Below are positions 37,414 through 47,042 of a DNA stretch of 64,000 bases, one piece after another. The translations under genes and the position numbers were made by a program. The DNA is taken from assembly GCA_039803205.1 (NCBI GenBank), contig JBDRYB010000004.1, positions 74,371-138,370 on the forward strand, written 5' to 3'. This DNA comes from a candidate division WOR-3 bacterium (lineage in GTDB: Bacteria > Hydrothermota > Hydrothermia > JBDRYB01). Position 1 is the first letter of the stretch; each line of letters opens with the position of its first letter. The notes beneath the pieces are model-generated. The model had not been told where the DNA came from. It worked only from the letters and a program-made list of their open reading frames with translations, and did not search any database.

Positions 37414-37979
37414 GTCTCTTTCTCCTCGATCTTTGGTGCCACCACCCCTTTCTGCTCCTGATACTTCCCCTTCCTGTCCTTGTATGATCGCCTCGTTATC
37501 TCGCTCGCTTCAATGAATATGAGCTGAGCTATACCTTCCCCAGCGTAGACCTTTGCTGGGAGAGGGGTTGTGTTTGAGATCTCTATCGTCAAGTGGCCCT
37601 CCCACTCCGGCTCAAGTGGGGTTATGTTGACCACTATGCCGCACCGGGCGTATGTGCTCTTTCCGAGGCATATTCCGAGGACATCCCTCGGCATTCTGAA
37701 GTATTCAACTGACCTCGCAAGGCAAAAAGAGTTCGGAGGAATGATGCACTCAGGTCCTCTGAAATCAACCAGGCTCCTAGGATCAAAATTCTTGGGGTCA
37801 ACAACCGTATTCCAGACCTCAGTGAATATCTTGAACTCATCCGCTACCCTTATGTCATACCCATAGGAGGAAAGCCCATAGGAGATAACCCCGCGGGTGA
37901 CCAGTTCTGGCACAAAAGGCTCAATCATGCCGTGTTTTAGGGCCATTTCCTCTATCCAGCGGTCGGATTTAAGCCCCAT
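37410..37979 (-). CDS. dcd: dCTP deaminase
   Basis: [43 protein letters not shown]. Confidence 0.95.
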   Translation of the reverse strand: MGLKSDRWIEEMALKHGMIEPFVPELVTRGVISYGLSSYGYDIRVADEFKIFTEVWNTVVDPKNFDPRSLVDFRGPECIIPPNSFCLARSVEYFRMPRDVLGICLGKSTYARCGIVVNITPLEPEWEGHLTIEISNTTPLPAKVYAGEGIAQLIFIEASEITRRSYKDRKGKYQEQKGVVAPKIEEKET

Positions 37980-37981
37980 AT

Positions 37982-38359
37982 CTATTCTATAGCGGCTATG
38001 CATTCTATTTCCACCAGCGCGTCCTTGGGCAACCCAGAAACCTCAACGCAGGCCCTTGCCGGATAAGGCTCTGAGAAGTGCCTCGCGTATACCTCGTTCA
38101 CGCGAGGGAAGTCCTTCATGTCCCTGAGGAATATGGTCACCTTGACTATGTCCTTCATCTCAAATCCACCAGCCTCAAGTATGGCCGATATGTTCCTGAG
38201 GGCTAGATCCGCCTGAGCCTCAACCCCCTCAGCGAGGGCGCCTGTTTTCGGATCTATACCGAGTTGGCCTGATACAAAGACGAAATTGCCAACCTCAACA
38301 GCCTGGCTGTAAGGTCCAACGGGCTTCGGCGCGTGCTGGGATTCAATCGCTCTCTTCAT
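37982..38359 (-). CDS. ridA: RidA (YjgF/YER057c/UK114) enamine deaminase
   Basis: [37 protein letters not shown] 6 nt after TATGAT. Confidence 0.92.
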   Translation of the reverse strand: MKRAIESQHAPKPVGPYSQAVEVGNFVFVSGQLGIDPKTGALAEGVEAQADLALRNISAILEAGGFEMKDIVKVTIFLRDMKDFPRVNEVYARHFSEPYPARACVEVSGLPKDALVEIECIAAIE

Positions 38360-38366
38360 GGCTAAA

Positions 38367-38949
38367 TCATAGACCCAAAGCTGGTTCCGGTGCAACCAGA
38401 TTAAGGCCCCGATTATCTAACAACGAGTCGTGCCTGTTGATGAGTATGGAAAGTCCATCCTCGTAGGCCTTTGGAGAGAGGAGAAGAAACCAGCTTTTGC
38501 CAAAAGTGGAGGCGACGAGGCTATCGTAGCTGTATCCATATGACCATTTCAGATGGCTTGAGGGGATGCTGAAGGTATCACCGCTGAACTCCCAGCCACT
38601 TATCTCGCCATTCATGAGCTTTCCGATGGTAATTTCCTCATAGTAGTTAATCTTCAGATTAACCGAGAGAAAAGCGCTATCCCCGAAAACCAGAACTCCC
38701 TATACATCACGAAGAAACCGCCGTTTCCGTAGGCTACAATGGGTGCCTCATAGGACAAACCCCCCATATTCCTCCCAATAGCCTTCTTCCAGAAGTGCCG
38801 TCGCGAGCGGCCCTTATCTGATGAGAACCGTTCACGAATGTGTGCCAGGCAACGAGAAAGTATCCCCCGCCAAAAGCAACAGCGGGTTGATCGTGGGTTC
38901 CTGGCGTGTTGCAAACCGGAAAGATCAGGCTTATCAGAAAGGTAAGCAT
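38367..38949 (-). pseudogene. Frameshifted remnant of an exported repeat protein
   Basis: SD + ATG 38949 and a signal-like start. QPAVAFGGGYFLVAW is in one frame, the similar unit APIVAYGNGGFFVMY in a second, and the continuation in a third. Confidence 0.55.
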
Positions 38950-39038
38950 GATAACCTCCTGTCTGGACAAATTATGAACCGGAGAGAAGGTAAATTGCAA
39001 GCGCTAAAGGCCGAGCTTTAGAATTTTAGCCCCGCAGA

Positions 39039-39326
39039 ATGCTGGTCGCGCTTTTGGAGCTTGATCTCGCCCTTCCTGGGGTAACGAGCCTGAAGGAGAA
39101 GCGCATGGCGCTGAACCGGATAAAGGACAAGGTCTCCAGGCAGTTCAGGGTCTCAATCGCTGAGATCGGGGATTCAAAGGATTCCTGGGGCTCCGCGTCC
39201 ATGGCGGTCGTAGCCGTATCTGATGATGGCGCTTTCCTTTCATCCGTTATGGCCAAAGTAATAGACTTCATAGAGAGGGAAAGAGGGGTTGAGATAACGA
39301 GGTATTCAACGAGATTTATCGGATGA
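39039..39326 (+). CDS. DUF503 (YlxP-like) protein
   Basis: L.LPGVTSLKEKR...F.VSIAEIG..D.W pattern. Confidence 0.85.
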   Translation: MLVALLELDLALPGVTSLKEKRMALNRIKDKVSRQFRVSIAEIGDSKDSWGSASMAVVAVSDDGAFLSSVMAKVIDFIERERGVEITRYSTRFIG

Positions 39327-39589
39327 TAGAGAGACAGGTGACCATAGTCAACGCCCTGGGCATACACGCTAGGCCCGCGACCCTCGTGGCTCAGGTCGCC
39401 CAAAGGTTCAAGTCGGACATAACCGTGGAAAAGGACGGACTTGAGGTGAACGCGAAGAGCGTCATGGGCGTGATGATGCTCGTTGCCGCAAAGGGTTCTG
39501 TGATAACAATAAGGGCCTCTGGGCCGGACGAGGCCGAGGCAATTGAGGCCCTGGTCCAACTCGTGGAGGACGGATTTGGAGAGGAATAA
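39323..39589 (+). CDS. ptsH: Phosphocarrier protein HPr
   Basis: VNALGIHARPA (His15), NAKSVMG (Ser46), GPDE. Confidence 0.95.
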   Translation: MIERQVTIVNALGIHARPATLVAQVAQRFKSDITVEKDGLEVNAKSVMGVMMLVAAKGSVITIRASGPDEAEAIEALVQLVEDGFGEE

Positions 39590-41246
39590 AACCCTCTACG
39601 GCACCCCTGTATCAAAAGGGATCGCTACGGGCAAGGCATTCCTGAGCGATGCTCACGGGAGCCCGGAACCAGAAGGGCTCTCCGGTGAAGAGGCCTTCGC
39701 TCGCGTGAAGGAGGTCCTTGATGACGCGATAAGGGAGATGAGGGAGTCCTCAAGGTTGTTTCCCCCTGAGATAAAGAGGATGACAGAGGCGCAGATAGCC
39801 ATCCTTGAGGATAAGGGCTTCCGCGATTCCATAATGAAGGGAATAGAATCCGGCCTTTCTCCACAGGAAAGCATAACTGAGGCCGCGGAGCGAGTGGCTC
39901 TCAGACTTGAGACCTCGCAATCCGAATACATGAAAGAGAGAGCAGGGGAGATAAGGAGCCTCGCGAGGGAGATATGCAGGTTCCTTGCCGGAGCGAGGGC
40001 TATACCCCCTGATTCTGTTCTGGTCTGCGAGGACATGACGGTATCAGAGGCTTTGAGGGCAGTGAAGGCAGGGGTGAGGGCCGTTATCATGGAGCGCGGC
40101 GCGATAACATCCCACGGGGTGATAATTCTCAGGGACTACAGGATCCCGGCCTTGATAGAGGTCTTTGAGGCCGCTAATGTCATAAAGGAAGGAATGACCC
40201 TGGCCGTGGATGGGTCAGGGGGCATGGTTGTGATTGAGCCGGACGAGGAGACCCTCTCATCGTTTCAAAAGAAACAGGAAGAGGAAAGGATTGAACAGGA
40301 AGAACTTGAAAGGCTCATTGGTTTGGAGACCAGGACCCTGAACGGCCACAGGGTTGAGATAATGATGAACCTTGATCTCCCTGAGGAGATAGAGCTCGTT
40401 GAGAAGGTAAAGAAGTGCGGGGTAGGGCTTTTTAGGACAGAATACCTATTCCTAACCGGCAGAAGGGACGAGGAGAGCCAGACGAGGATATACAGGGAAA
40501 TGGCGAGGGCCAACTATCCCTATGTTTTCACGGTAAGGACATTTGACCTGGGAGGGGATAAGGTGATAGGGGTCAAGGAGCCAAACCCGTTTCTCGGGAT
40601 GAGGGGCCTCAGGTTCCTGATGGTGAGGCCTGACCTCTTCAAGGCACAACTGCGCGCTGTCATGAGGGCGAACGAGCTGGGAAACATCAGGATAATGTTT
40701 CCGATGGTCTCATCCCTTGAGGAGCTTTCCGGGGTGAAGGCCCTGTTTCAGGAGGTAATAGACGAGGTTTCGCCTCCGCATGTCCCTGATTTTGGCATAA
40801 TGGTTGAGGTTCCATCTGTCATCATGATGGCGAAGGAGTTCGCCAGAGAGGTTGATTTCATGTCCATAGGCACGAACGACCTAACCCAATATACTCTCGC
40901 TGTTGACAGGCAGAACTTCAGGGTCTCTCACCTATACCAGCAGCTGGACCCCAGCGTGCTCAGGGGGGTCTACAGGGTGGTGGAGGCCGGAGCTGAGGCA
41001 GGTATTCCAGTAGCCGTGTGCGGAGAGCTCGCTTCCGATCCCATTGGAGCGCTCGTTCTTCTGGCCCTTGGGGTCCGAGAGCTCTCGGTCTCGCCCCCGA
41101 ATTACCTGAGAACGAAAAAGCTGGTGATGAACCTCGCTTTGGGGGACACGGATATGCTCCGAGAGAGCATACTTTCAGCGAGGACCCCGGAGGATGTGAA
41201 ACGGATGGCCCATTGGCTCATGAAGCAAAAGGGGATTCCAGCATGA
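39576..41246 (+). CDS. ptsI: PTS enzyme I
   Basis: TSH phospho-site, GVGLFRTE, VRTFDLGGDK, EPNPFLGMRG, SIGTNDLTQY, CGE; TTG start after GGAGG. Confidence 0.95.
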   Translation: MERNKTLYGTPVSKGIATGKAFLSDAHGSPEPEGLSGEEAFARVKEVLDDAIREMRESSRLFPPEIKRMTEAQIAILEDKGFRDSIMKGIESGLSPQESITEAAERVALRLETSQSEYMKERAGEIRSLAREICRFLAGARAIPPDSVLVCEDMTVSEALRAVKAGVRAVIMERGAITSHGVIILRDYRIPALIEVFEAANVIKEGMTLAVDGSGGMVVIEPDEETLSSFQKKQEEERIEQEELERLIGLETRTLNGHRVEIMMNLDLPEEIELVEKVKKCGVGLFRTEYLFLTGRRDEESQTRIYREMARANYPYVFTVRTFDLGGDKVIGVKEPNPFLGMRGLRFLMVRPDLFKAQLRAVMRANELGNIRIMFPMVSSLEELSGVKALFQEVIDEVSPPHVPDFGIMVEVPSVIMMAKEFAREVDFMSIGTNDLTQYTLAVDRQNFRVSHLYQQLDPSVLRGVYRVVEAGAEAGIPVAVCGELASDPIGALVLLALGVRELSVSPPNYLRTKKLVMNLALGDTDMLRESILSARTPEDVKRMAHWLMKQKGIPA

Positions 41247-42046
41247 GAGAAAACCCTCCTCTTTGGGACGAGGTAGAGGTTACCAGGGCTATATTCAAAG
41301 CATATTCCGAGAAGTTTATCAGGAGCCTTGAACTGGATGTCGCGATAGTCGGAGCTGGGCCGAGCGGCCTGGTCGCGGGATATTACTTGGCAGGCGAGGG
41401 TTTTTCGGTTTCCATATTTGAGCGAAAGCTGGCGCCAGGTGGGGGGATGTGGGGAGGGGGGATGATGTTCAACGAGATAGCTGTCCAGGAAAGCGCCCTG
41501 CCAATCCTCAAGGAGTTCGGGATAAGATATGAGAACGCTGGATGTGGGCTTTACACAGCTGATTCCGTTCACTCCACGGCCATGCTCCTGGCCGGGGCAA
41601 CATCCAGGGGGGTGAGAATATTCAATTGCGTGTCGGTTGAGGACATAATGGTGAGGGAGGGAAGGATAACCGGAATCGTTATACAGTGGACCCCCGTGGG
41701 GCTCGCTAAAATGCATGTTGATCCCTTGACCGTGCGAGCCAAAGCGGTAATTGACGGGACAGGCCATCCAGCTGAGATAGCTCGCATGGTCCAGGATAAG
41801 CTGAAGGCAAACCTGAACACCCCCACGGGAAGGATAATGGAGGAGAGGCCCATGTGGGCTGAGAGGGGAGAGGAGGAGGTTGTCCAGAATACCAGGGAGG
41901 TATATCCTGGCCTCTGGGTCATGGGAATGGCCGCGAACGCTGTATTTGGCTCGTCGCGCATGGGGCCTGTTTTCGGGGGGATGCTCCTCTCGGGGAAACG
42001 GGCGGCAGAGGAGGTTGGGGATTACCTGAGAAGATGTGGGTCCTGA
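41243..42046 (+). CDS. thi4: Sulfide-dependent adenosine diphosphate thiazole synthase (non-Cys Thi4)
   Basis: VGAGPSGL, GGGMWGGGMMF, MHVDP, DGTGH, RMGPVFGGMLLSG; ATGA overlap with ptsI. Confidence 0.92.
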   Translation: MRENPPLWDEVEVTRAIFKAYSEKFIRSLELDVAIVGAGPSGLVAGYYLAGEGFSVSIFERKLAPGGGMWGGGMMFNEIAVQESALPILKEFGIRYENAGCGLYTADSVHSTAMLLAGATSRGVRIFNCVSVEDIMVREGRITGIVIQWTPVGLAKMHVDPLTVRAKAVIDGTGHPAEIARMVQDKLKANLNTPTGRIMEERPMWAERGEEEVVQNTREVYPGLWVMGMAANAVFGSSRMGPVFGGMLLSGKRAAEEVGDYLRRCGS

Positions 42047-43818
42047 GCCTTTTCTTCGCCGCAAAAGATGCCGATCTGAAGGGGCTCATTGAGAGGGACC
42101 CGGACGCGGCCATCCCTGTCTTAAAAGCCCTTTCCGAACAAAACGCTATAGCCAGGCCTTGGGTTCAATATACCCTCCTAAAGGCTTATTTGAAAAAGGG
42201 GGAAGCAGACAGCGCTGAGGCATTGCTATCGGGCCTTGAAACGCCCCAATTGCGATATGCCCTGGAAAGGCTATTTGAGCATCACCTTTCCAAAGGGAAT
42301 TACCGCCGGGTTATCGCGCTTTCCGATAGGTATCCGAAGATCGTGGGGGGGAGGCCTGTGCTCCTCTGGCAGAGGGCCCAGGCGGAAAAGGCAACCGGGA
42401 TGACCGAGAGATACCAAAGGACCCTCTACGAGATAGTTGATGCCTTTCCTTCATCGGTCTACGCTGAAAAGGCAATAGAAACCGGAGGTTTTTCGGCTGA
42501 GGATAAGGCTATTGTCCTATACAACAGGGGAAGATACAAGGAGGCCATTTCCGTTTTCAAGAGGGCAAAACCCATATCAGGACTCGCTTATCACGCTTAT
42601 TTCATGAGCCTTTACAGGACAAAGGATTACTCCGGAGCTGTCTCGTTATACGAGCGCGAGGGCATAAGGAAGCTGGGTGGGCGCTACTCCAACGAGATCT
42701 ATCTTTACGCTGGGATCTCATACAACAGGCTTGGGATGCCGGACCAGGCGATCTCGGCCCTCATTATGGTTGATGAGGACATGGCTGAGAGGGCGATAGC
42801 CGAGGCCTCCTTCGTAATACTTGAGCGGGGATGCTCCTCTCGCTACCAGGATGTGGTTTCTGCCTTCGGTAAAACGAGGGATCCGGATGCGCTTTTGAGG
42901 CTTGGCCTCCTCGCGTTCGCTCTCGGTGAGATGGGAGACGCGGAAGCATTCCTGAAGAGGGCGCTTGAAAACAGTCCCTCTGTGGGGACAGAGGGCGCTT
43001 GCTATTATTGGCTGTGGCGGACAACCGGGGATGGGTTGTGGAAGGCTCGCTTGCTCTCGGTTGATCCTCTCAGCTGGTATGGATTGATGGTGAGGCCTTG
43101 GATCCCTGTTTCAGAGCGAGATCCCTGTTCCTGGGCGGGTATCGGATGCGATCCGGAGGCAGGCGAGGCTGTCAGGATAATGACGAGGCTCGGCCTAGCT
43201 GATGAGGCCTACGGGCTCCTGAAGGACAAGCCGGAGACATGGTGGGTTGGAGGCAAGGCCCTGGCTAGCGCGGGGGATTTTCTCGCCGCGAGCAGGCTTT
43301 TCACGGAGATATACAGGAGGGCTCCCAAAAGGGATACCCTGCCAGAAGAGCTTTTGAGGGCAATGTATCCCCTTCTTTACTGGAATGAGATCAAGCAGGC
43401 CGCTGACTCGGCAGGGATTGAGCCGGCCCTCCTGATAAGCATCGTCAGGGAGGAGAGCAGATTCAGGCCCGACGCGATTTCCCCTGCTGGCGCTAAGGGC
43501 CTCGCTCAGCTCATGAACTACACAGCTAGAAGGCTCGCTGATTCCCTGGGAATAAGATACAACATCTTTGATGTCAACGATAACCTTTACCTCGGGGCTG
43601 TCCATCTCAGGGAGCGTCTGAACGATTTCGGTAAGGAGTATCTGGCCGTCGCGGCATACAACGCTGGGCCCCAACCGGTCAGGCGCTGGATGGGTTTCAT
43701 GGAAGGCTGGCCCCCAGACCTCTTCTGCGAGTTCATCACATACCAGGAAACCAGGAACTACACCAAGAATGTGATGAAAAGCTACTGGATATATAAGTGG
43801 CTCATTAGTGAGCAATAG
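42034..43818 (+). CDS. Soluble lytic transglycosylase (Slt70-like) with TPR-like N-terminus
   Basis: REESRF...SPAGAKGLAQLM, AAYNAGP, ETRNY. Confidence 0.9.
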   Translation: MWVLSLFFAAKDADLKGLIERDPDAAIPVLKALSEQNAIARPWVQYTLLKAYLKKGEADSAEALLSGLETPQLRYALERLFEHHLSKGNYRRVIALSDRYPKIVGGRPVLLWQRAQAEKATGMTERYQRTLYEIVDAFPSSVYAEKAIETGGFSAEDKAIVLYNRGRYKEAISVFKRAKPISGLAYHAYFMSLYRTKDYSGAVSLYEREGIRKLGGRYSNEIYLYAGISYNRLGMPDQAISALIMVDEDMAERAIAEASFVILERGCSSRYQDVVSAFGKTRDPDALLRLGLLAFALGEMGDAEAFLKRALENSPSVGTEGACYYWLWRTTGDGLWKARLLSVDPLSWYGLMVRPWIPVSERDPCSWAGIGCDPEAGEAVRIMTRLGLADEAYGLLKDKPETWWVGGKALASAGDFLAASRLFTEIYRRAPKRDTLPEELLRAMYPLLYWNEIKQAADSAGIEPALLISIVREESRFRPDAISPAGAKGLAQLMNYTARRLADSLGIRYNIFDVNDNLYLGAVHLRERLNDFGKEYLAVAAYNAGPQPVRRWMGFMEGWPPDLFCEFITYQETRNYTKNVMKSYWIYKWLISEQ

Positions 43819-43839
43819 GTTAGCGACGAAAGCTATTCC

Positions 43840-45348
43840 CTAAGCCTCTATTTTCGCCCTCTTGTCCGTGTCTATCTGGGCCCTCTGGAGGGTTCCCGAG
43901 TAGTCAATGTAGACGGTCTTTATCTCGTTGAATATCTCGTATACCGTCCAGCCGCCTTCACGGTGTCCGTTCCCGGTCTGCTTGACCCCCCCAAAGGGCA
44001 TGTGGCATTCCGCTCCTATTGTCGGCGCATTTATGTAGGTTATTCCCGCCTCAAGCTCCTCAATAGCGCGCATGGATTCCCGAAGATCCCTGGTGTATAT
44101 GGATGAGGAGAGCCCATACCTTACGCCGTTTGCGACCCTTATGGCCTCATCAAGGCTACCAACCTTTATCACAGAGAGGACAGGCCCGAATATCTCCTCC
44201 TGCTCTATGCGCATTCCGGGTTTGACGCCCTCAAATATGGTAGGCGCGTAGAACCAGCCCTTAGCAAGAGGGCCATCGGTCAATCTCTCGCCCCCGTAAA
44301 CCAGAGACGCGCCCTCGGCCTTCCCTATTTCAACATATGATTGAATGGTCTTGAGCTGGCTCTCGTTGATCAGCGGGCCCATGTTGGTCTCGTCTTTAGT
44401 GGGATCCCCTATTTTAAGGCTCTTGACCCTTTCTATGAGCTTTGCCATCATCTCATCATAGACATCCTCGTGGATTATGAGCCTGCTGGTCGCTGTGCAA
44501 CGCTGGCCCTGGGTGCCGAATGCTCCCCAGAGGACGCCATCAACCGCTAGGTCAAGATCCGCTGAGGGCATTACTATCTGCGGGTTCTTCCCTCCCAGCT
44601 CAAGCGAAACCCTTTTCAGGTGCTTGCCGGCTATCTCAGCTATGCGCGAACCAACCTCAACCGAACCCGTGAAGGAGACCACGCCGATATCCGGATGGGT
44701 CAGTATTGCCTCCCCGACCTCTCCTCCCCCGCCTGTAACGAGATTGAGCACCCCCGGCGGAAGGCCCGCTTCCTCAAATATCTTGACGAACTCGGCCGCG
44801 CACGCGGGAGTGTCCGTAGCAGGCTTGAATATGACGCAGTTCCCGGAGAGCAGTGCGGGGAATATCTTCCAGGAGGGTATCGCCATCGGAAAGTTCCAGG
44901 GGGTTATGATTCCAGCTATTCCTATTGGTCTCAGGACAGTGAGGGCCATCTTCTCAGGGAGCTCAGACGGAGCGTTTCGGGAGAATAGCCTTCTCCCCTC
45001 GCCGAAAGCGTAATAGCCCGTGTCTATTGCCTCTTGGGTATCTCCCCTTGCCTCAGTGATGACCTTTCCCATCTCCCTCGCCATCAGGAGGGATATCTCC
45101 TCCTTCCTTTTAACCAGGAGCTCGGTCGCCCTGAGCATGATCTCCCCGCGCTTTGGCGCGGGCAGTTTTGACCACTTTGGAAAGGCCCTCTTCGCGGCCT
45201 CAACAGCCTCTGCCACATCCTTCGCGCTCGACTTCGGAAATGTGCCGATAACCTCTTCCCAATCCGATGGGTTCCTATCTTCGAAGACCCTCCCGGTCTC
45301 CGATGGAACCCACTTCCCGTCTATGTAGTTAAGGTATTCCTTTGTCAT
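43840..45348 (-). CDS. Aldehyde dehydrogenase family protein
   Basis: ITPWNFP, FTGS, LELGGKN, GQRCTA, EEIFGPV, PFGG; ATG 45348 after GGAGG. Confidence 0.95.
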   Translation of the reverse strand: MTKEYLNYIDGKWVPSETGRVFEDRNPSDWEEVIGTFPKSSAKDVAEAVEAAKRAFPKWSKLPAPKRGEIMLRATELLVKRKEEISLLMAREMGKVITEARGDTQEAIDTGYYAFGEGRRLFSRNAPSELPEKMALTVLRPIGIAGIITPWNFPMAIPSWKIFPALLSGNCVIFKPATDTPACAAEFVKIFEEAGLPPGVLNLVTGGGGEVGEAILTHPDIGVVSFTGSVEVGSRIAEIAGKHLKRVSLELGGKNPQIVMPSADLDLAVDGVLWGAFGTQGQRCTATSRLIIHEDVYDEMMAKLIERVKSLKIGDPTKDETNMGPLINESQLKTIQSYVEIGKAEGASLVYGGERLTDGPLAKGWFYAPTIFEGVKPGMRIEQEEIFGPVLSVIKVGSLDEAIRVANGVRYGLSSSIYTRDLRESMRAIEELEAGITYINAPTIGAECHMPFGGVKQTGNGHREGGWTVYEIFNEIKTVYIDYSGTLQRAQIDTDKRAKIEA

Positions 45349-45425
45349 TTTCGCCTCCGTTAGGCCTTGATTATAAAACGGATAAGGGATCAGGTGCCAG
45401 GATAAAGCAAGGCTTCGGGTCATAG

Positions 45426-45477
45426 AAAAGCCCCGGCCGGGGAACGGGAGGTGCGAGGATTTTTGCCCAGCCGGGGC
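45426..45477 (-). terminator. Intrinsic terminator with a 24-nt loop containing an anti-SD sequence
   Basis: 12-bp stem (one G-U pair that works only on the minus strand) + UUUU, a few nt after the stop at 45484; loop contains CACCUCCC. Confidence 0.7.
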
Positions 45478-45483
45478 CAGAGG

Positions 45484-46998
45484 TTATCGGACTATCTTCA
45501 GGGTCTTCGTCCCTCCCCGATACCTGAGAACCGCGAGATAGATGCCATTCGTTTTCGTGTTCGGGATGAATGTGTGTCCCCCTTGGCCGAGGACGCCCTC
45601 ATAGAGCCTCTGAAGGAGCCTGCCCCCTGCATCGTAGAGCGAAAGGGATACCTGATCTGAGCTGGGCATGAAGAGATATATCCCCTTACCCATGGTTCTG
45701 AAATCAAACCCTTCTCCCAAGTCTTCTTCTATACCTTCATATACCGGGCCGCAGCCCGTGGCGTTCAGGAAGTCGTCCAGAACCCAAAAATCGGCCGTGG
45801 CGTTCGTGTGCGTTCCAAGCATTATCTCAATGCAGTTGTCGTCGTCTATATCGCCTATGGTCGGATCGTGCAGGTCCTCTGCAAGTGCCTTTGTCCAGAG
45901 GAGACTACCATCGGTGTTCAGGCAATATAGAAGCCCGCCTCCCCTGTTCGGAACAACAACCTCAAGGCCTCCGTCGCCATCAACATCAGCCAGGGCGGGT
46001 GTCCGGTGAACCCCGCTCCCTATGGTGTAATTCCACATAAGAGAGCCGTCGGAACCCCTCAGGCAATATACCTTGCCGTCCTCTGACCCGAAGACAACTT
46101 CAAGCGAGCCGTTGCCATCCATATCGCCAATTGCAACCCCGGATTTCACCAGGCCAACCGCGCCCACCGAGGGATATCTCCAAACCTGGGTTCCCAGACT
46201 GTCGTAGCAGTAGAGATGGCCATCCAGGCACCCGATGAGCACATCCGTTTTTCCATCGTTGTTGACATCTGCAACAGCAGGGGATGAGGTGTCAACGCCT
46301 GAGGGAAGGATGATCTGCCGGAAAACAGTCCCGTTTCGCCTATAATACCAGAGGACATTCCCGGCGCCCACGACTATTTCGGGAAGCCCATCCCTGTTTA
46401 TGTCCGCGACCGCGGGGGTTGACACGCCGCCCGCGTTCAGATGGCTCCACCACAGGGTTCCATCGTGCTGAAGGCAGTATATATACCAGTCATCCATGAA
46501 CAGGACCTCATCCAGGCCGTCGTCGTCCAAGTCATACGCAATTGGAGAGTATGTCGTGCTTGGGGAAGGGGGAGTGTATTTCCACATCAGTGTTCCGGCC
46601 CCTCCGTTTAAACAGAAAAGTGAGCCTCCGCCTGTTCCGCATGTGCCAAAGAGAACCTCCGGATTACCATCCCGGTCAAGGTCAGATATGCACGGAGCTG
46701 AGTATATGTCAGCGCCCGCGCCGTATTTCCAGAGCAGGGAGCCAGTGTATCCAGAGAAACAATAAAGGGTGTCTGTTTGGCTCCCGACAACGATCTCAGG
46801 GCCCGGGTTATAGGAAACGACCTCTCCCAAGCCTGGATTGAAGCTCTCAACCCAGTTTCCTGTCCTGTAGCTCCATTTGACCACAGGAGCCTCCGACATG
46901 GCGCCCTTTGTGGTCTGGAGATGGGTGTTAGAGTAGTTCTGGCCATACTGCGTCCAATAGCCATAGGCTATGATCAGGGTTATCTTAAAAAACATCAT
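45484..46998 (-). CDS. Secreted FG-GAP/PQQ-like beta-propeller protein with T9SS-like C-terminal domain
   Basis: Repeated P.(V/I)(A/G)D.DGDG..E(V/I)V.G...LYC...G.L.W units; LSLYDAGGRL...GIY...KIVR. Confidence 0.85.
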   Translation of the reverse strand: MMFFKITLIIAYGYWTQYGQNYSNTHLQTTKGAMSEAPVVKWSYRTGNWVESFNPGLGEVVSYNPGPEIVVGSQTDTLYCFSGYTGSLLWKYGAGADIYSAPCISDLDRDGNPEVLFGTCGTGGGSLFCLNGGAGTLMWKYTPPSPSTTYSPIAYDLDDDGLDEVLFMDDWYIYCLQHDGTLWWSHLNAGGVSTPAVADINRDGLPEIVVGAGNVLWYYRRNGTVFRQIILPSGVDTSSPAVADVNNDGKTDVLIGCLDGHLYCYDSLGTQVWRYPSVGAVGLVKSGVAIGDMDGNGSLEVVFGSEDGKVYCLRGSDGSLMWNYTIGSGVHRTPALADVDGDGGLEVVVPNRGGGLLYCLNTDGSLLWTKALAEDLHDPTIGDIDDDNCIEIMLGTHTNATADFWVLDDFLNATGCGPVYEGIEEDLGEGFDFRTMGKGIYLFMPSSDQVSLSLYDAGGRLLQRLYEGVLGQGGHTFIPNTKTNGIYLAVLRYRGGTKTLKIVR

Positions 46999-47042
46999 GT
47001 CAAGCCTCCTTTGTTCTCAAGGGGAAGGAACTTTCTTCAAAT

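Noticed and set aside
41102..42064. 320-aa minus ORF and other long antisense ORFs (e.g. 16608-17273, 61630-62406)
   Set aside because: They lie opposite well-supported genes (thi4, dnaK, gcvPB) and have no motifs.
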